Below are positions 1-20,282 of a DNA stretch of 64,000 bases, in pieces. Below the pieces are notes generated by a model, which saw only the letters and a program-made list of their open reading frames with translations, was not told where the DNA came from and did not search any database. Every line of letters starts with the position of its first letter. Position 1 is the first letter of the stretch. A program made the position numbers and the translations under genes. Origin of the DNA: Eledone cirrhosa (lineage: Eukaryota); the NCBI GenBank assembly GCA_964016885.1, contig OZ024741.1, positions 32,302,001-32,366,000 of the forward strand, given 5' to 3'.

Positions 1-777
1 ATGCAAACACAAAATTTCAAGGTTAATATCTCTGTAAGCTTAAAATGCGCTGATAAGATGCGCATTGATACTTATGGAGTCAAGCACATAAATATATTTT
101 TTCATACTCACACATATCAGTACAATCACACATACACGCGCGTATATGCATAAATATACACATAACCACGAACATACAAGCACACACACACCCCCACTCA
201 CATTTATATATGTGGATATAAAATCATAAGCACATGGATATTAAATCACTCACATAAAACACTGGCACACACATTTCAAGATCAAGATACAGAAATTAGG
301 TGGGAGGGGGGGGGGAGGGGTCAGTATTCAATTGTCTGAGCAGACTGCCAAATATAAATGTATCTATAAATTAAGAAAAATAAAAAAATAAAACAATAAA
401 ATATAATAAATATAATATAATATACATACACATACAGATATATACACATACATACATGTACGCGCACATAGAAATATTTACGCATACACACATACACACA
501 TACATATACAGTCATACACACACATACACTTACACGAACATACACATACACATATATAAAGATATATATATACACACACACACACACGCAACGCATACAC
601 ACATACACATATATATAAAAAAATAAATAATAAAGATATATATCCATATATATATACACACACATATATACATACATATATATATATACATACACATACA
701 TACACATACATCTAAATATACATACACATACATACACACATACATGTACATACATGTACATACATATACGCACATTG

Positions 778-822
<45 letters not shown>

Positions 823-1124
823 TAGACATATAGATACATACACACACAACTTACATACACACATATATATATATAGATGTACATTCATACATAGAATTAG
901 ATATATAATCATACATACATATGCACCTACTTATACTCATATATATAAATACATACGCTTCCATATATGCGTATATACATAAAAAACACTACAACCTCAC
1001 CTAACTCAGACATACAAATAAAATAATAATAAAAAGGCATATGTATATACATACACACACGCATTAATAGAGATATATATATATATACACACATACATAC
1101 ACATATATATATATACATATATAT

Positions 1125-1165
<41 letters not shown>

Positions 1166-1282
1166 TACACTCATACATATATATATATATATATATATAA
1201 ACATATATATCCACACACTCATACCACCATAAATACACATACAAACACCCACATATATATATATATATATATATATACACAC

Positions 1283-1321
<39 letters not shown>

Positions 1322-1609
1322 TAAAAAACAGACATGCACATATATATATATATATTTTTTTTTACACTTATATATACACATATTATATACACATACACAA
1401 CCTCACTTATACACATATACACATAAGTTATATTATAATAATAAAGAATAATATACATATATATATATACATATACATATATATATATATATATATACAT
1501 ACATACATACACATACATACATACACATAAACATATACATACATAAATACACACATACGAATAAAGACATATATTCACACATAGACACCTATATATATAT
1601 ATATATATC

Positions 1610-1661
<52 letters not shown>

Positions 1662-2710
1662 GACACATATACACACTCACATATATATATATATATGTGT
1701 ATGTGTGTGTGCGCACATACACATATATACACACACACATACAAACACACACAAACACATACAAATGCATACGTGCACACACACACACATATATCACATA
1801 GATACGAAGATAAACATATAAATAGAGAGACATACATATATATACAACACACATACACATACATACATACACACGCATATACATATACATATATATATAC
1901 ACATATATATATTCCTATATATACAAGCATACACATACATACACATATATACACAAACATACACATATACATACAACACATTCACATACACATACATATA
2001 TAATGCATATATATACACATATATATACATACATATGTACACTCATATATACACACGCAATCTTACATTCATATTTGCATGCGCATATATGTATTTTTAT
2101 ATTTAGATATAAATACCCAAACCTATATAGACACCTACCTACATATATATTCATACATAGACGCTTACAAATACAGATGATAATAGTATGGGGGAAAGGG
2201 GGGGTTTGGAGAAGGGGATCAAAGTAAATATATGTTTCAAGAAACATATAATATTTTCCGTATCATTATTCAATGTATGTTCTTACATATTTTCAGTGCT
2301 AGGAAATACGACAAACAAGAACTAAGGCAAAATCTATGCATCTCAAAATAAATAAGTATACCATTAATCATATGTTAACTAAACCAAAGATAGTCAACAT
2401 ATTGATTTCTAAGGTGTAAATTAGTTAGGTTTATAATATTTGAAGCAGAATTTTGAAGTCAAACAGTAGTAGATTATTAATTACAGTATAACTAAATTAA
2501 AGTTAATAACGTTATGGTATCAATATTAGGAAATGAATTTAGTAATAGGGAAAAGAAACCCAAATAAAAATAAAATAAAGTATTACATCGGTAGTAGCAT
2601 ATAAATTATATGTTAACTAAATTAAAAATTATATATTTATTTCAATAGTATATGTTAATTAGTATATGTTAATTAGGTATACAATACATAAAGCAGATAT
2701 TGTATTTCAT

Positions 2711-2848
2711 CAATAGCATAATATAATTATGCTATTGGTAGATTTATCTACATTTCATCAATAGCATAATATAATTAAACTCTTGGTAGATTTATCTACA
2801 TTATATATATATATATATATATATGTAGATAAATCTACCAAGAGTTTA
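2711..2848. other. Hairpin-rich junction between tandem units (identical copy at 6032-6169)
   Basis: Inverted repeat with 12-bp arms caatagcataat-ata-attatgctattg (2711-2737). Inverted repeat with 25-bp arms taaactcttggtagatttatctaca/(TA)n/tgtagataaatctaccaagagttta (2776-2848). Short duplicated patches tttcatcaatagcataatataatta and ttggtagatttatctacatt. Confidence 0.85.
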
Positions 2849-3012
2849 CGGTAGTGTCCAATCCGTATGAAGAACTCAATGTATTCCGGATATCATGGAA
2901 AGAAGAGATGTAATGAAAAACCACTTTCGGTGAAAGATAAACGGTATACAGAGTCAAGATAAAATATTAAACAAATAATGAATAAACAATTCCTTATATT
3001 AAACAAAAAAAG

Positions 3013-3167
3013 TTCATTATTTAACGATCGTTTCTAGGATATATATGTGTTAGAATTGGTATGCATATTCAACAGATCTATGTACAAAATTATACAAAAT
3101 TATACAAATTATCAAGATTAAATATACATACCTAACACATATATACGCCGTCTTCAGAAATAATGAA
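3013..3167 (-). ncRNA. Type I hammerhead ribozyme, family A copy in the tandem unit
   Basis: Same motif 3321 bp from the 6334 copy. One stem II variant (cctaacac versus ccaaacac) still allows pairing (GTGTTAG/CTAACAC). Confidence 0.8.
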
Positions 3168-4098
3168 GTATATTTATTGATAATAACAACAATTCAAAAT
3201 TTCAGTTCAAAATTGACCAATGAAAACACAAAGGGTTAAAAGCAGTTCGGTGTGTGTATATACATGTAAAATCCTTACACATATTTTACAAAAATGTATG
3301 TATAACTTGTATACGCATACTAAAAAGATGGATGCAAACACAAAATTTCAAGGTTAATATCTCTGTAAGCTTAAAATGCGCTGATAAGATGCGCATTGAT
3401 ACTTATGGAGTCAAGCACATAAATATATTTTTTCATACTCACACATATCAGTACAATCACACATACACGCGCGTATATGCATAAATATACACATAACCAC
3501 GAACATACAAGCACACACACACCCCCACTCACATTTATATATGTGGATATAAAATCATAAGCACATGGATATTAAATCACTCACATAAAACACTGGCACA
3601 CACATTTCAAGATCAAGATACAGAAATTAGGTGGGAGGGGGGGGAGGGGTCAGTATTCAATTGTCTGAGCAGACTGCCAAATATAAATGTATCTATAAAT
3701 TAAGAAAAATAAAAAAATAAAACAATAAAATATAATAAATATAATATAATATACATACACATACAGATATATACACATACATACATGTACGCGCACATAG
3801 AAATATTTACGCATACACACATACATATACAGTCATACACACACATACACTTACACGAACATACACATACACATATATAAAGATATATATATACACACAC
3901 ACACACACGCAACGCATACACACATACACATATATATAAAAAAATAAATAATAAAGATATATATCCATATATATATACACACACATATATACATACATAT
4001 ATATATATACATACACATACATACACATACATCTAAATATACATACACATACATACACACATACATGTACATACATGTACATACATATACGCACATTG

Positions 4099-4143
<45 letters not shown>

Positions 4144-4445
4144 TAGACATATAGATACATACACACACAACTTACATACACACATATATATATATAGATG
4201 TACATTCATACATAGAATTAGATATATAATCATACATACATATGCACCTACTTATACTCATATATATAAATACATACGCTTCCATATATGCGTATATACA
4301 TAAAAAACACTACAACCTCACCTAACTCAGACATACAAATAAAATAATAATAAAAAGGCATATGTATATACATACACACACGCATTAATAGAGATATATA
4401 TATATATACACACATACATACACATATATATATATACATATATAT

Positions 4446-4486
<41 letters not shown>

Positions 4487-4603
4487 TACACTCATACATA
4501 TATATATATATATATATATAAACATATATATCCACACACTCATACCACCATAAATACACATACAAACACCCACATATATATATATATATATATATATACA
4601 CAC

Positions 4604-4642
<39 letters not shown>

Positions 4643-4908
4643 TAAAAAACAGACATGCACATATATATATATATATTTTTTTTTACACTTATATATACAC
4701 ATATTATATACACATACACAACCTCACTTATACACATATACACATAAGTTATATTATAATAATAAAGAATAATATACATATATATATATACATATACATA
4801 TATATATATATATATATACATACATACATACACATACATACATACACATAAACATATACATACATAAATACACACATACGAATAAAGACATATATTCACA
4901 CATAGACA

Positions 4909-4982
<74 letters not shown>

Positions 4983-6279
4983 GACACATATACACACTCA
5001 CATATATATATATATATGTGTATGTGTGTGTGCGCACATACACATATATACACACACACATACAAACACACACAAACACATACAAATGCATACGTGCACA
5101 CACACACACATATATCACATAGATACGAAGATAAACATATAAATAGAGAGACATACATATATATACAACACACATACACATACATACATACACACGCATA
5201 TACATATACATATATATATACACATATATATATTCCTATATATACAAGCATACACATACATACACATATATACACAAACATACACATATACATACAACAC
5301 ATTCACATACACATACATATATAATGCATATATATACACATATATATACATACATATGTACACTCATATATACACACGCAATCTTACATTCATATTTGCA
5401 TGCGCATATATGTATTTTTATATTTAGATATAAATACCCAAACCTATATAGACACCTACCTACATATATATTCATACATAGACGCTTACAAATACAGATG
5501 ATAATAGTATGGGGGAAAGGGGGGGTTTGGAGAAGGGGATCAAAGTAAATATATGTTTCAAGAAACATATAATATTTTCCGTATCATTATTCAATGTATG
5601 TTCTTACATATTTTCAGTGCTAGGAAATACGACAAACAAGAACTAAGGCAAAATCTATGCATCTCAAAATAAATAAGTATACCATTAATCATATGTTAAC
5701 TAAACCAAAGATAGTCAACATATTGATTTCTAAGGTGTAAATTAGTTAGGTTTATAATATTTGAAGCAGAATTTTGAAGTCAAACAGTAGTAGATTATTA
5801 ATTACAGTATAACTAAATTAAAGTTAATAACGTTATGGTATCAATATTAGGAAATGAATTTAGTAATAGGGAAAAGAAACCCAAATAAAAATAAAATAAA
5901 GTATTACATCGGTAGTAGCATATAAATTATATGTTAACTAAATTAAAAATTATATATTTATTTCAATAGTATATGTTAATTAGTATATGTTAATTAGGTA
6001 TACAATACATAAAGCAGATATTGTATTTCATCAATAGCATAATATAATTATGCTATTGGTAGATTTATCTACATTTCATCAATAGCATAATATAATTAAA
6101 CTCTTGGTAGATTTATCTACATTATATATATATATATATATATATGTAGATAAATCTACCAAGAGTTTACGGTAGTGTCCAATCCGTATGAAGAACTCAA
6201 TGTATTCCGGATATCATGGAAAGAAGAGATGTAATGAAAAACCACTTTCGGTGAAAGATAAACGGTATACAGAGTCAAG

Positions 6280-7150
6280 ATAAAATATTAAACAAATAAT
6301 GAATAAACAATTCCTTATATTAAACAAAAAAAGTTCATTATTTAACGATCGTTTCTAGGATATATATGTGTTAGAATTGGTATGCATATTCAACAGATCT
6401 ATGTACAAAATTATACAAAATTATACAAATTATCAAGATTAAATATACATACCAAACACATATATACGCCGTCTTCAGAAATAATGAAGTATATTTATTG
6501 ATAATAACAACAATTCAAAATTTCAGGTCCGTTTGGGAACAAAAATTGACCAATGAAAACACAAAGGGTTAAATGCAGTTCGGTGTGTGTATATACATGT
6601 AAAACCCTTACACATATTTTACAAAAATGTATGTATAAATTGTATACGCATACTAAAAGGATGGATGCAAATACAAAATTTCAAGGTTAATGTCTCTGTG
6701 AGTTATTGACACTTATGAAGTTAAGTATATAAATATATTTTTTCATACTCACACATATCCGTACAATCACACATACACGCGCGTATATGCATAAATATAC
6801 ACATAACCACGAACATACAAACACACACACACCCCCACTCACATTTATATATGTGGATATAAAATCATAAGCACATGGATATTAATTCACTCACATAAAA
6901 CACTGGCATACACATTTTCAGATCAAGATACAGAAATTAGGTGGGAGGGGGGGGGGAGGGGTCAGTATTCAACGGTCTGAACAGACTGCCTAATATAAAT
7001 GTATCTATAAACTAAGAAAAATAAAACAAATAAAACATAATAAATAAAACATTAAGGAGGAAAGAATAGAAAGAAAAACAGAAAAAAGAAAAAAAAAAAA
7101 AGAAAAAAGAAATATATCAAGAAAATAAATATACACATATACACATACAT

Positions 7151-7197
<47 letters not shown>

Positions 7198-7759
7198 TAT
7201 ATATATATATAAAAAAAAACATACATATATATACACACATAGACACTCACACATCCATACATAAATATACACACATATATAAATACATACATACATATAC
7301 ACACATCCACACTAAGAACATACATACACACACATATATAAACATATACATATACACACATACATACATATACACATATACATACAAATACACATACATA
7401 TATATATACACACATATATATATATATATATATACACATATATATACATACATATGCATATACACGTACATATACACACACATATACATATAATCACACA
7501 TACTATACAGACACAGATATATATAACCACACACATACGTGCAAATATACAACACTTACATACTAATATACATACAGATATACACATACATAGCTATATA
7601 TACACACAAATATATACAGATTTACATATATACATACAGACAAATACTTACGCATCTATATATCGGTATATCCATACTAACACCACTACACTATCACACA
7701 ACATAGAAATACAAAGAGAAAGGTATATACCTATACACACATACATATACAAATAGAAA

Positions 7760-7805
<46 letters not shown>

Positions 7806-7830
7806 TACATATACATATATATATATATAT

Positions 7831-7872
<42 letters not shown>

Positions 7873-8122
7873 TACACATACAAATACACATACATATACA
7901 TACAGATATATACACATACATACATGTACACACACACAGAAATATATACGCATACATACATACACACATACATATAAAGTCATACACACACATACATCTA
8001 CACGAACATACACATACACATATATAAAGATATATATACACACACACACACACACGCAACACATACACACATACACATATATATAAAAAATAAATAATAA
8101 AGATATATACATATATATATAT

Positions 8123-8179
<57 letters not shown>

Positions 8180-8556
8180 CACCTAAATATACATACACAT
8201 ACATACATACATAGACATACATGTACATACATATACGTACATCGATATACATATATATATATACATACACACATGGACATATACATACATACACACACAA
8301 CTTACATACACACATATATATACATGTATATTCATACATAGAATTAGAAATATAATCATACATACATATGCACTTACTTATACTCATATATACAAATACA
8401 TACGCATCCATTTATGCGTATATACATAAAAAACACTACAACCTTACCTAACTCAGACATACAAATAAAATATTAATAAAAAGGCATATGTATATACATA
8501 CACACACGCATTAATAGAGATATATATATATATACACACATACACATATACATATA

Positions 8557-8594
<38 letters not shown>

Positions 8595-8617
8595 CATATA
8601 CACACATACACTCATAC

Positions 8618-8649
<32 letters not shown>

Positions 8650-8721
8650 AAAGATACCTACACATTCATACCACCATAAATACACATACAAACACCCACA
8701 TATACATATATATACACACAC

Positions 8722-8760
<39 letters not shown>

Positions 8761-9017
8761 AAAAACAGACATGCACATATATATATATATTTTTCTACAC
8801 TTATATATAGACATATTATATACATATACATAACTTCACTTATACACACATACACATAAGTTATATTATAATAATAAAAAATAATATATATATATATATA
8901 TATATAACATATATATATATATACATACCTACATACATATATATATATATATACATACAAACACATACATACACATATACACACATATGAATATAGATAT
9001 ATATTCACACATAGACA

Positions 9018-9065
<48 letters not shown>

Positions 9066-9625
9066 TACACACATACATATACACAGACACATATACACAC
9101 TCACATATATATATATATCTGTGTGCATGCACACACACATATATACATACATACACATATATATACACATAAACACATATATGTGCTACATGCACATACA
9201 CACACATATATCACATAGATACGGAGATAGACATATAAATAGAGAGACATACATATATATACAACACACATACACACACATACATACACACGCATATACA
9301 TATACATATATATATACATATATATATTCCTATATATACACATAACATATATATATACACATATATACACATACATACACATATACGTACACACATTCAC
9401 ATACACATACATATATAGATGCATATATACACACATATACATACATACACACACTCATATATACACACACAATCTTACATTCATATTTGCATGCACATAT
9501 ATGTATCTTTATATTTAGATATAAATACCCAAACCTATATAGACACCTACCTACATATATATTCATACATAGACGCTTACAAATACAGATGATAATAGTA
9601 TGGGGGAAAGGGGGGGTTTGGAGAA
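6280..9625 (-). repeat. Left arm of a ~3.35-kb inverted repeat (inverted pLTR copy); right arm is 12237-15593
   Basis: ggggggtttggagaa (to 9625) is the reverse complement of ttctccaaacccccc (from 12237), and ataaaatattaa (6280) of ttaatattttat (to 15593). Both arms share diagnostic features missing from the 1-6279 copies, such as gtccgtttgggaac near 6527 and the extra block near 7050-7750. Mirrored ORF-track translations are nearly identical. Confidence 0.92.
6334..6488 (-). ncRNA. Type I hammerhead ribozyme, family A copy
   Basis: Reverse complement of 15385-15539: ttcattattt-aacgatcgtttc ... tcttcag-aaataatgaa. Confidence 0.8.
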
Positions 9626-15716
<6,091 letters not shown>

Positions 15717-15960
15717 GTTTTGCGAGGTTTTTGATATGAAATCGTGTGTCGAAACAAATATTCTTATACTTGTGGGAGGGTCATATTCGTGTAATAATAT
15801 TGCCAGAATTAATAACAGAGCACACTCACTGTTTGGTTGGTTTTCGATTCTGTGTCTTTTATATCGGTTAATTTAATTTATTCCGTCCTCACTGTTGCCA
15901 TTGACTGACCAACGGTCAAAAATACAGATACACTATAGACACAAATACATATATATAGTA

Positions 15961-16006
15961 TATCAAAGTTCTTTCGTTGCACCTCTGCAACACATCGTCA
16001 GTGGTG
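15961..16006 (-). ncRNA. Minimal type I hammerhead ribozyme (family B, inverted copy)
   Basis: Reverse complement reads cacca-CTGACGA-tgt-GTTGCA-gagg-TGCAAC-GAAA-gaac-TT-tgata, with a 2-nt insertion after the core relative to the 16827 copy. Confidence 0.62.
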
Positions 16007-16247
16007 TTATTATGTTTCCTTCCGTTGCATTGTATGCTTACGCCATCTTTATTTATTATTTTTATTTTATTTTTTATTTTAGTCCTCTCTGCGCATCCGT
16101 TTTTGTGTGGGCATAGTGTTTTGTTTGATATGTGTTCTTGTTTGGGTGACTGTGTATTGCTTAATGTATTCTATCTTAGTTTTCTAGTGTGTGTTTATAT
16201 ATGTTTGTTGTTATTGTGCTTGTGTATGTATTTATTTATTTATTTAT

Positions 16248-16457
16248 TTATACTTCTCTTAGGTCAGTGTTGTTTGTTTGGGTGTTGTTATTCCATTCAT
16301 TTTTTGTGTTTAGCCTTGGCCTTCTAAGTTCTATTTCGCTCGCCTCTCTGATTTGCCTATCTGCTAGGTCATTTATATGTTTAGATATTATACTAACTTC
16401 TATGCTGTCTATGTTACCGTTTTGTTGTTGTCTGGCATGTTCGTATAGAACTGACCC
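16248..16457 (-). pseudogene. C-terminal remnant of a PLE GIY-YIG endonuclease
   Basis: SVLYEHARQQQNGNIDSIEVSIISKHINDLADRQIREASEIELRRPRLNTKNEW matches the PLE endonuclease C-terminal pattern S.L.EH...I..V.I.......R.I.EA..I....P.LN. Confidence 0.75.
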
Positions 16458-16826
16458 AACAGGTAGGCAAATCAGAGAGGCCAGCGAAATAGAACTTAGA
16501 AGGCCAAGGCTAAACAGAAAAAATGAATGGAATAACAACAACACCCAAACAAACAACACTGACCTAAGAGAAGTATAAAAAAAAAAAAAAAAATAAATAC
16601 ACAAGCACAATAACAGCAAACACATATAAACACACACTAATAAACTAAGATAGAATACATTAACCAATACACAGTCACCCAAACAAGAACACACATCAAA
16701 CAAAACACTACACCCACACGCAAACGCATGCGGAGGAACACAAAAAAATAAACAAATAAATAAATAAATAAACAGACTAAATAAAGATGGCGTAAGCATA
16801 CAATGCAACGGGAGGCAACATAATAG

Positions 16827-16870
16827 CACCACTGACGATGTTGCAGATGTGCAACGAAAGAACTTTGATA
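16827..16870 (+). ncRNA. Minimal type I hammerhead ribozyme (family B)
   Basis: cacca-CTGACGA-t-GTTGCA-gatg-TGCAAC-GAAA-gaac-TT-tgata. Core intact, 6-bp stem II, minimal stem III; stem I is weak (ACCA/TGAT). Confidence 0.7.
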
Positions 16871-17060
16871 GACTATATATATGTGTTTGTGTCTATATTG
16901 TATCTGTAAGTTTGACCGTTGGTTAGTCAATGGCAACATTGAGGACCGAATGAATTAAATTAACCGATATAAATGACACGGAAGCGAAATCCAACCAAAC
17001 AGTGAGTGTGTTCTGTTATTAATTCTGGCAATATTATTACACAAATAAGATAACAAGTAT

Positions 17061-17300
<240 letters not shown>

Positions 17301-19738
17301 GCCTAGGGCGGGGAAAATTCCTGAGATCCATGGACGATTTCTCTCCAGCGGTCTCTGTCCCTCATTATCGCTGCCATGTCCTGCGTCTCCAACAGACCAG
17401 TGTCTGTCCTTAGGGCATCATCATACGTTAACCTTGGTCTTCCTCTTCCAGTGTGTCCATGTAGGCGCTCCCACAGGAGCACTGAGTGCAATGTCTACTC
17501 TGGATGTCGGTGAGCATGTCCAGCTAACCTCAGTCTCCTCTGTGTCACTTTTGAACTGACTTTTGGGAGGCACCCATACAGCTCTGCGCTTTTCATCGTC
17601 AGTGTATACTAATTAATGTTCAGAGCCATCCTCACCATTCTCGTGTAGCACCAATCCACCATCTGAGTGAGTTTCTTGGTTTATGTCCAAGTCTCAGACC
17701 CGTACAGCAGCACAGACTCCACTACATCAGTGAAGAGGCGGATTTTCAGGTTTTTACGAAGTTCCGACTTCCACACCGATCTCAAGCTGTGGCACGCCGC
17801 CCAGGATTTGCCCTTCCTCTCAACCACATCATCTTCCGTATTCCCAATCTTTGCTCCCAAATACAGGAAGCACTCAACCAATTCTAGCGGCTTCCCGCCT
17901 ACATTAGTGATCCCCTCTGGCTTCTCAACATTCTCTACAAGATATTTTGTTTTAGTCTCATTCATTCACAGCCCCACACTCATCGACACAGTCTCAACCT
18001 CCTGCATCAAATCCTCTGCCTCCTTCACTGTATTTGTCACCAAATCTATGTCGTCGGCAAATTCAGCATCTGATATATCTTGCGCCTTAACTCTCCTGCT
18101 CTGAGCCGGTGCTACAGTAAAGCCAGAGTCCTGGTGTTTCTCCAGTGCAAGACGCATACAATAGTCCACTACGATGATAAAAAGGAAGGAAGCCAATTTA
18201 TCTCCCTGGAGCACTCCAGCCAGTATCTCAAAGTACTCTGTCATCCCATCAGATGTAATGACTTTGGGATTTGGTGTTGGTGTAGTGCAGTGATATCAGG
18301 TCCACTTTCTTCTTGGGGATTCCATAAGCCTGTAATTCCATAAGCCAGGCAGTGACGGTCCACAGAATCAAAGGCCTTCCTAAAGTCAGTAAAAACCATG
18401 ACCGTCGGAAGGAACTTTGCTCTAGCTCCCTCTAATATCCTCCTCAGTATCAGGATGTGACAGGTGGTTGATCTTCCCTCTCTGAAGCCGTTCTGGTTGT
18501 CCCTGAGCTTCATCTCCATCTCAGGCTGGATCCTGTTAAGAATCATCCTGTTGAGGGTCTTTGCCACAAGTGACGTCAGTGAGATCCCCCTGTAGGTGTT
18601 TGTGTTAGAGAGATCCCTCTTTGGCACTGGGACGATGCTATTGACCTACACTGATTCGGGGCAACTCCTTTCTCCAATGCCCGCTTACAGAACCTCAATA
18701 TGATATCAAAATCGCACCTCTTCATCACCTCTGATGCCACTCCATCTTCTCAATGAGTCTTGCCGTCCTTGATCCTCTTCTTGGCTCTCTGAAGCTCCTC
18801 TCTGATGAAGGGTTCTGTCTCAATATCCAGTTCTTCAAACAGCCTCCTGATCTCCCCAGTGCTCTGGGCTGTGGAGGGTGGCTCTCCTAGTAGGGTCCTA
18901 AAATTGTCTAGACATTTCCTCTTCCTATCCTCGGGCCCCGTTCCCTGGATCTGACTCGAACACCTTCTCTTCCTCCCTGTGATTTCGTTGATCATCATCC
19001 AGCTCTCCTTACATCCAGATCTGTCAACCGCTCTCTCCACACTTCTGATCTTCTCTGTCAGTGCCTTCCATCTGGCTTCAGTGTAAGCGGTACAGAGTTC
19101 TTTCCTCATCACCTCCACAGTCTCCATCCTCTCCTCCGTAGGATCAGCATAGAATTGGTCCTTGGCTGCTTTCAGGTGTTCTCTGGCTGCACACACATTT
19201 GGGTCTGCAGAGCTGACGTGCTTCCTTTTGTTCTTTTCCCTCGGCACCAGGGTTTCACTTGCTTCCGCCACTGCATTGGTGAAGTGCCCGTACCTCCTCG
19301 TCACACTCTCCTCAATCCATCCAATCTCTCTCTCCTCTGTCTCTCCACACAGAGCACTGAACCTGTTCCTCACTTCCACTGTGAACCTCTCCTGTAGCTT
19401 ATCATCTTCCTTGAAATCTCCCCAGTCATAGATTGCTCTCCGGGGCCGAGCCTTGCTCTTTCTTATGCTCACCCGGACCTCACTCATAACAAGCCGGTGG
19501 TCACTACCCAGTGTACTGAAATAGTTGTATGGTTCTGTGTTCAGAACACTATTCCGCCACTTTTTCCTCACCAGAATGAAATCAATCTGGGACTTGGACA
19601 GTTGCATATCTGAGATGTAGGTCCACATCTTCCCCGGATTCTTCCGAAACCTTAGGTTGGTCGCTATCAAGTTCGCCTCCATCAGGGTGTCTCTCAGTAG
19701 TCTTCCATTTCGGTTGGTGTTTTTATAGAAGTACATGC
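17301..19738 (-). mobile_element. Decayed, 5'-truncated non-LTR retrotransposon (LINE; RTE-like APE-RT ORF broken by frameshifts and stops)
   Basis: Colinear minus-strand fragments: APE C-terminus SQIDFILVRKKWRNSV..GSDHRLV (18750-19738); RT YRGISLTSLVAKTLNRMILNRI, QNGFREGRST, DFRKAFDSV (18241-18627); GVLQGDKLASFLF and FADDI (17966-18244); NETKTKY, FLYLG, VESVLLYGSETWT (17681-17965); GRGRPRLTY..DRDRWR (17303-17491). The 3' end runs into (TA)n. RTE clade is assigned from motif style only. Confidence 0.9.
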
Positions 19739-19766
19739 AAAAAAAAAAAAAAAAATATATATATAT

Positions 19767-20268
19767 ACCTTGATTATATATGTTCTGGCTCGTTATTTTA
19801 TTAACCTGCCATTGAACCACATTGGCATATGGTTTGATAATGCATGTGTCCCTATTCGTTCTTTGTGTGTAGGGATATATACTTTATTAGTATTATTCTC
19901 CCCCTGGTAGAGATGAAATTTGGTCGTTTTGACTACTGCTATTTATAGTGGTAGTAGATTGACCTCCCTGCCTCTGCCTTCTATCTTTGCACACGGCACC
20001 GGACAGAACTGCTTCCACATCATTCATTCTCATCTCGGGAACAATTTTGAATAGCACCATTTCGTAATTGGAACTCGGGAATTTTAAATTCTCCGAGTGA
20101 AAAGAACCTTCTGACGAGAGTTTATCTTTTCAATGGAATCCCGTAAGGACTATCCATTTATTTTTGAGACTCGAAACCGATTCGGTAAAGTTAACTATTG
20201 TAAGTACAGTGAATTTTTTGAAATTTATTTTGAAACTTTTTTTAATTTGCTAAACCTTGATTATATAT
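19767..20268 (+). mobile_element. ~487-bp non-coding HHR-containing unit bounded by 15-bp direct repeats (retrozyme-like or solo pLTR)
   Basis: accttgattatatat at 19767-19781 and 20254-20268; (TA)n on both sides; HHR inside; no recognisable ORF. Confidence 0.65.
20105..20192 (+). ncRNA. Type I hammerhead ribozyme with ~55-nt extended stem II (family C)
   Basis: aacctt-CTGACGA (20111-17)-GAGTTT...AGACTC-GAAA (20173-76)-CCGATTCGG-TA-aagtt. Stem III ACCGA/TCGGT is near-palindromic, with cleavage triplet GUA. Inner stem II helices are ATGGA/TCCAT and TCC-cgtaa-GGA. Stem I is short (CTT/AAG). Confidence 0.75.
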
Positions 20269-20282
20269 ATATATATATATAT

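Larger units (their letters stand above)
1..6279 (-). repeat. Head-to-tail tandem array of a ~3.32-kb pLTR-derived unit (variant subfamily); about 1.9 copies visible, continuing off the left edge
   Basis: Position 1 atgcaaacacaaaatttc recurs at 3332. After a 10-bp indel the offset is a constant 3321 (ORF-track pairs 884/4205, 2247/5568). The unit is homologous to the reverse complement of 11740-15593 but diverged from it. Confidence 0.92.
15717..17065. mobile_element. Second PLE family: heavily 5'-truncated copy with an inverted partial copy (fold-back), flanked on both sides by (TA)n
   Basis: Inverted arms ~15760-16371 and 16452-17065 surround an 80-bp spacer. Both arms encode RQIREASEIELRRPRLN(T/R)KNEWN pointing outward, and each carries an HHR. 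Confidence 0.85.

Noticed and set aside
321-9460. Numerous Y/I/C/V/M- or H/T/I-rich ORFs (also 12200-14900, 16955-17413, 21679-24430)
   Set aside because: These are translations of TA/TG/CA dinucleotide repeats, which lack stop codons by composition.
18802-18808. CTGATGA heptamer
   Set aside because: It lies antisense within the LINE coding region with no stem II/GAAA/stem III arrangement; a chance match.
19739-19820. N-terminal part of ORF 18750-19820 as the LINE start
   Set aside because: The first ~27 codons come from the neighbouring 487-bp unit, a TA run and a poly-T tract. LINE homology starts at about 19738.
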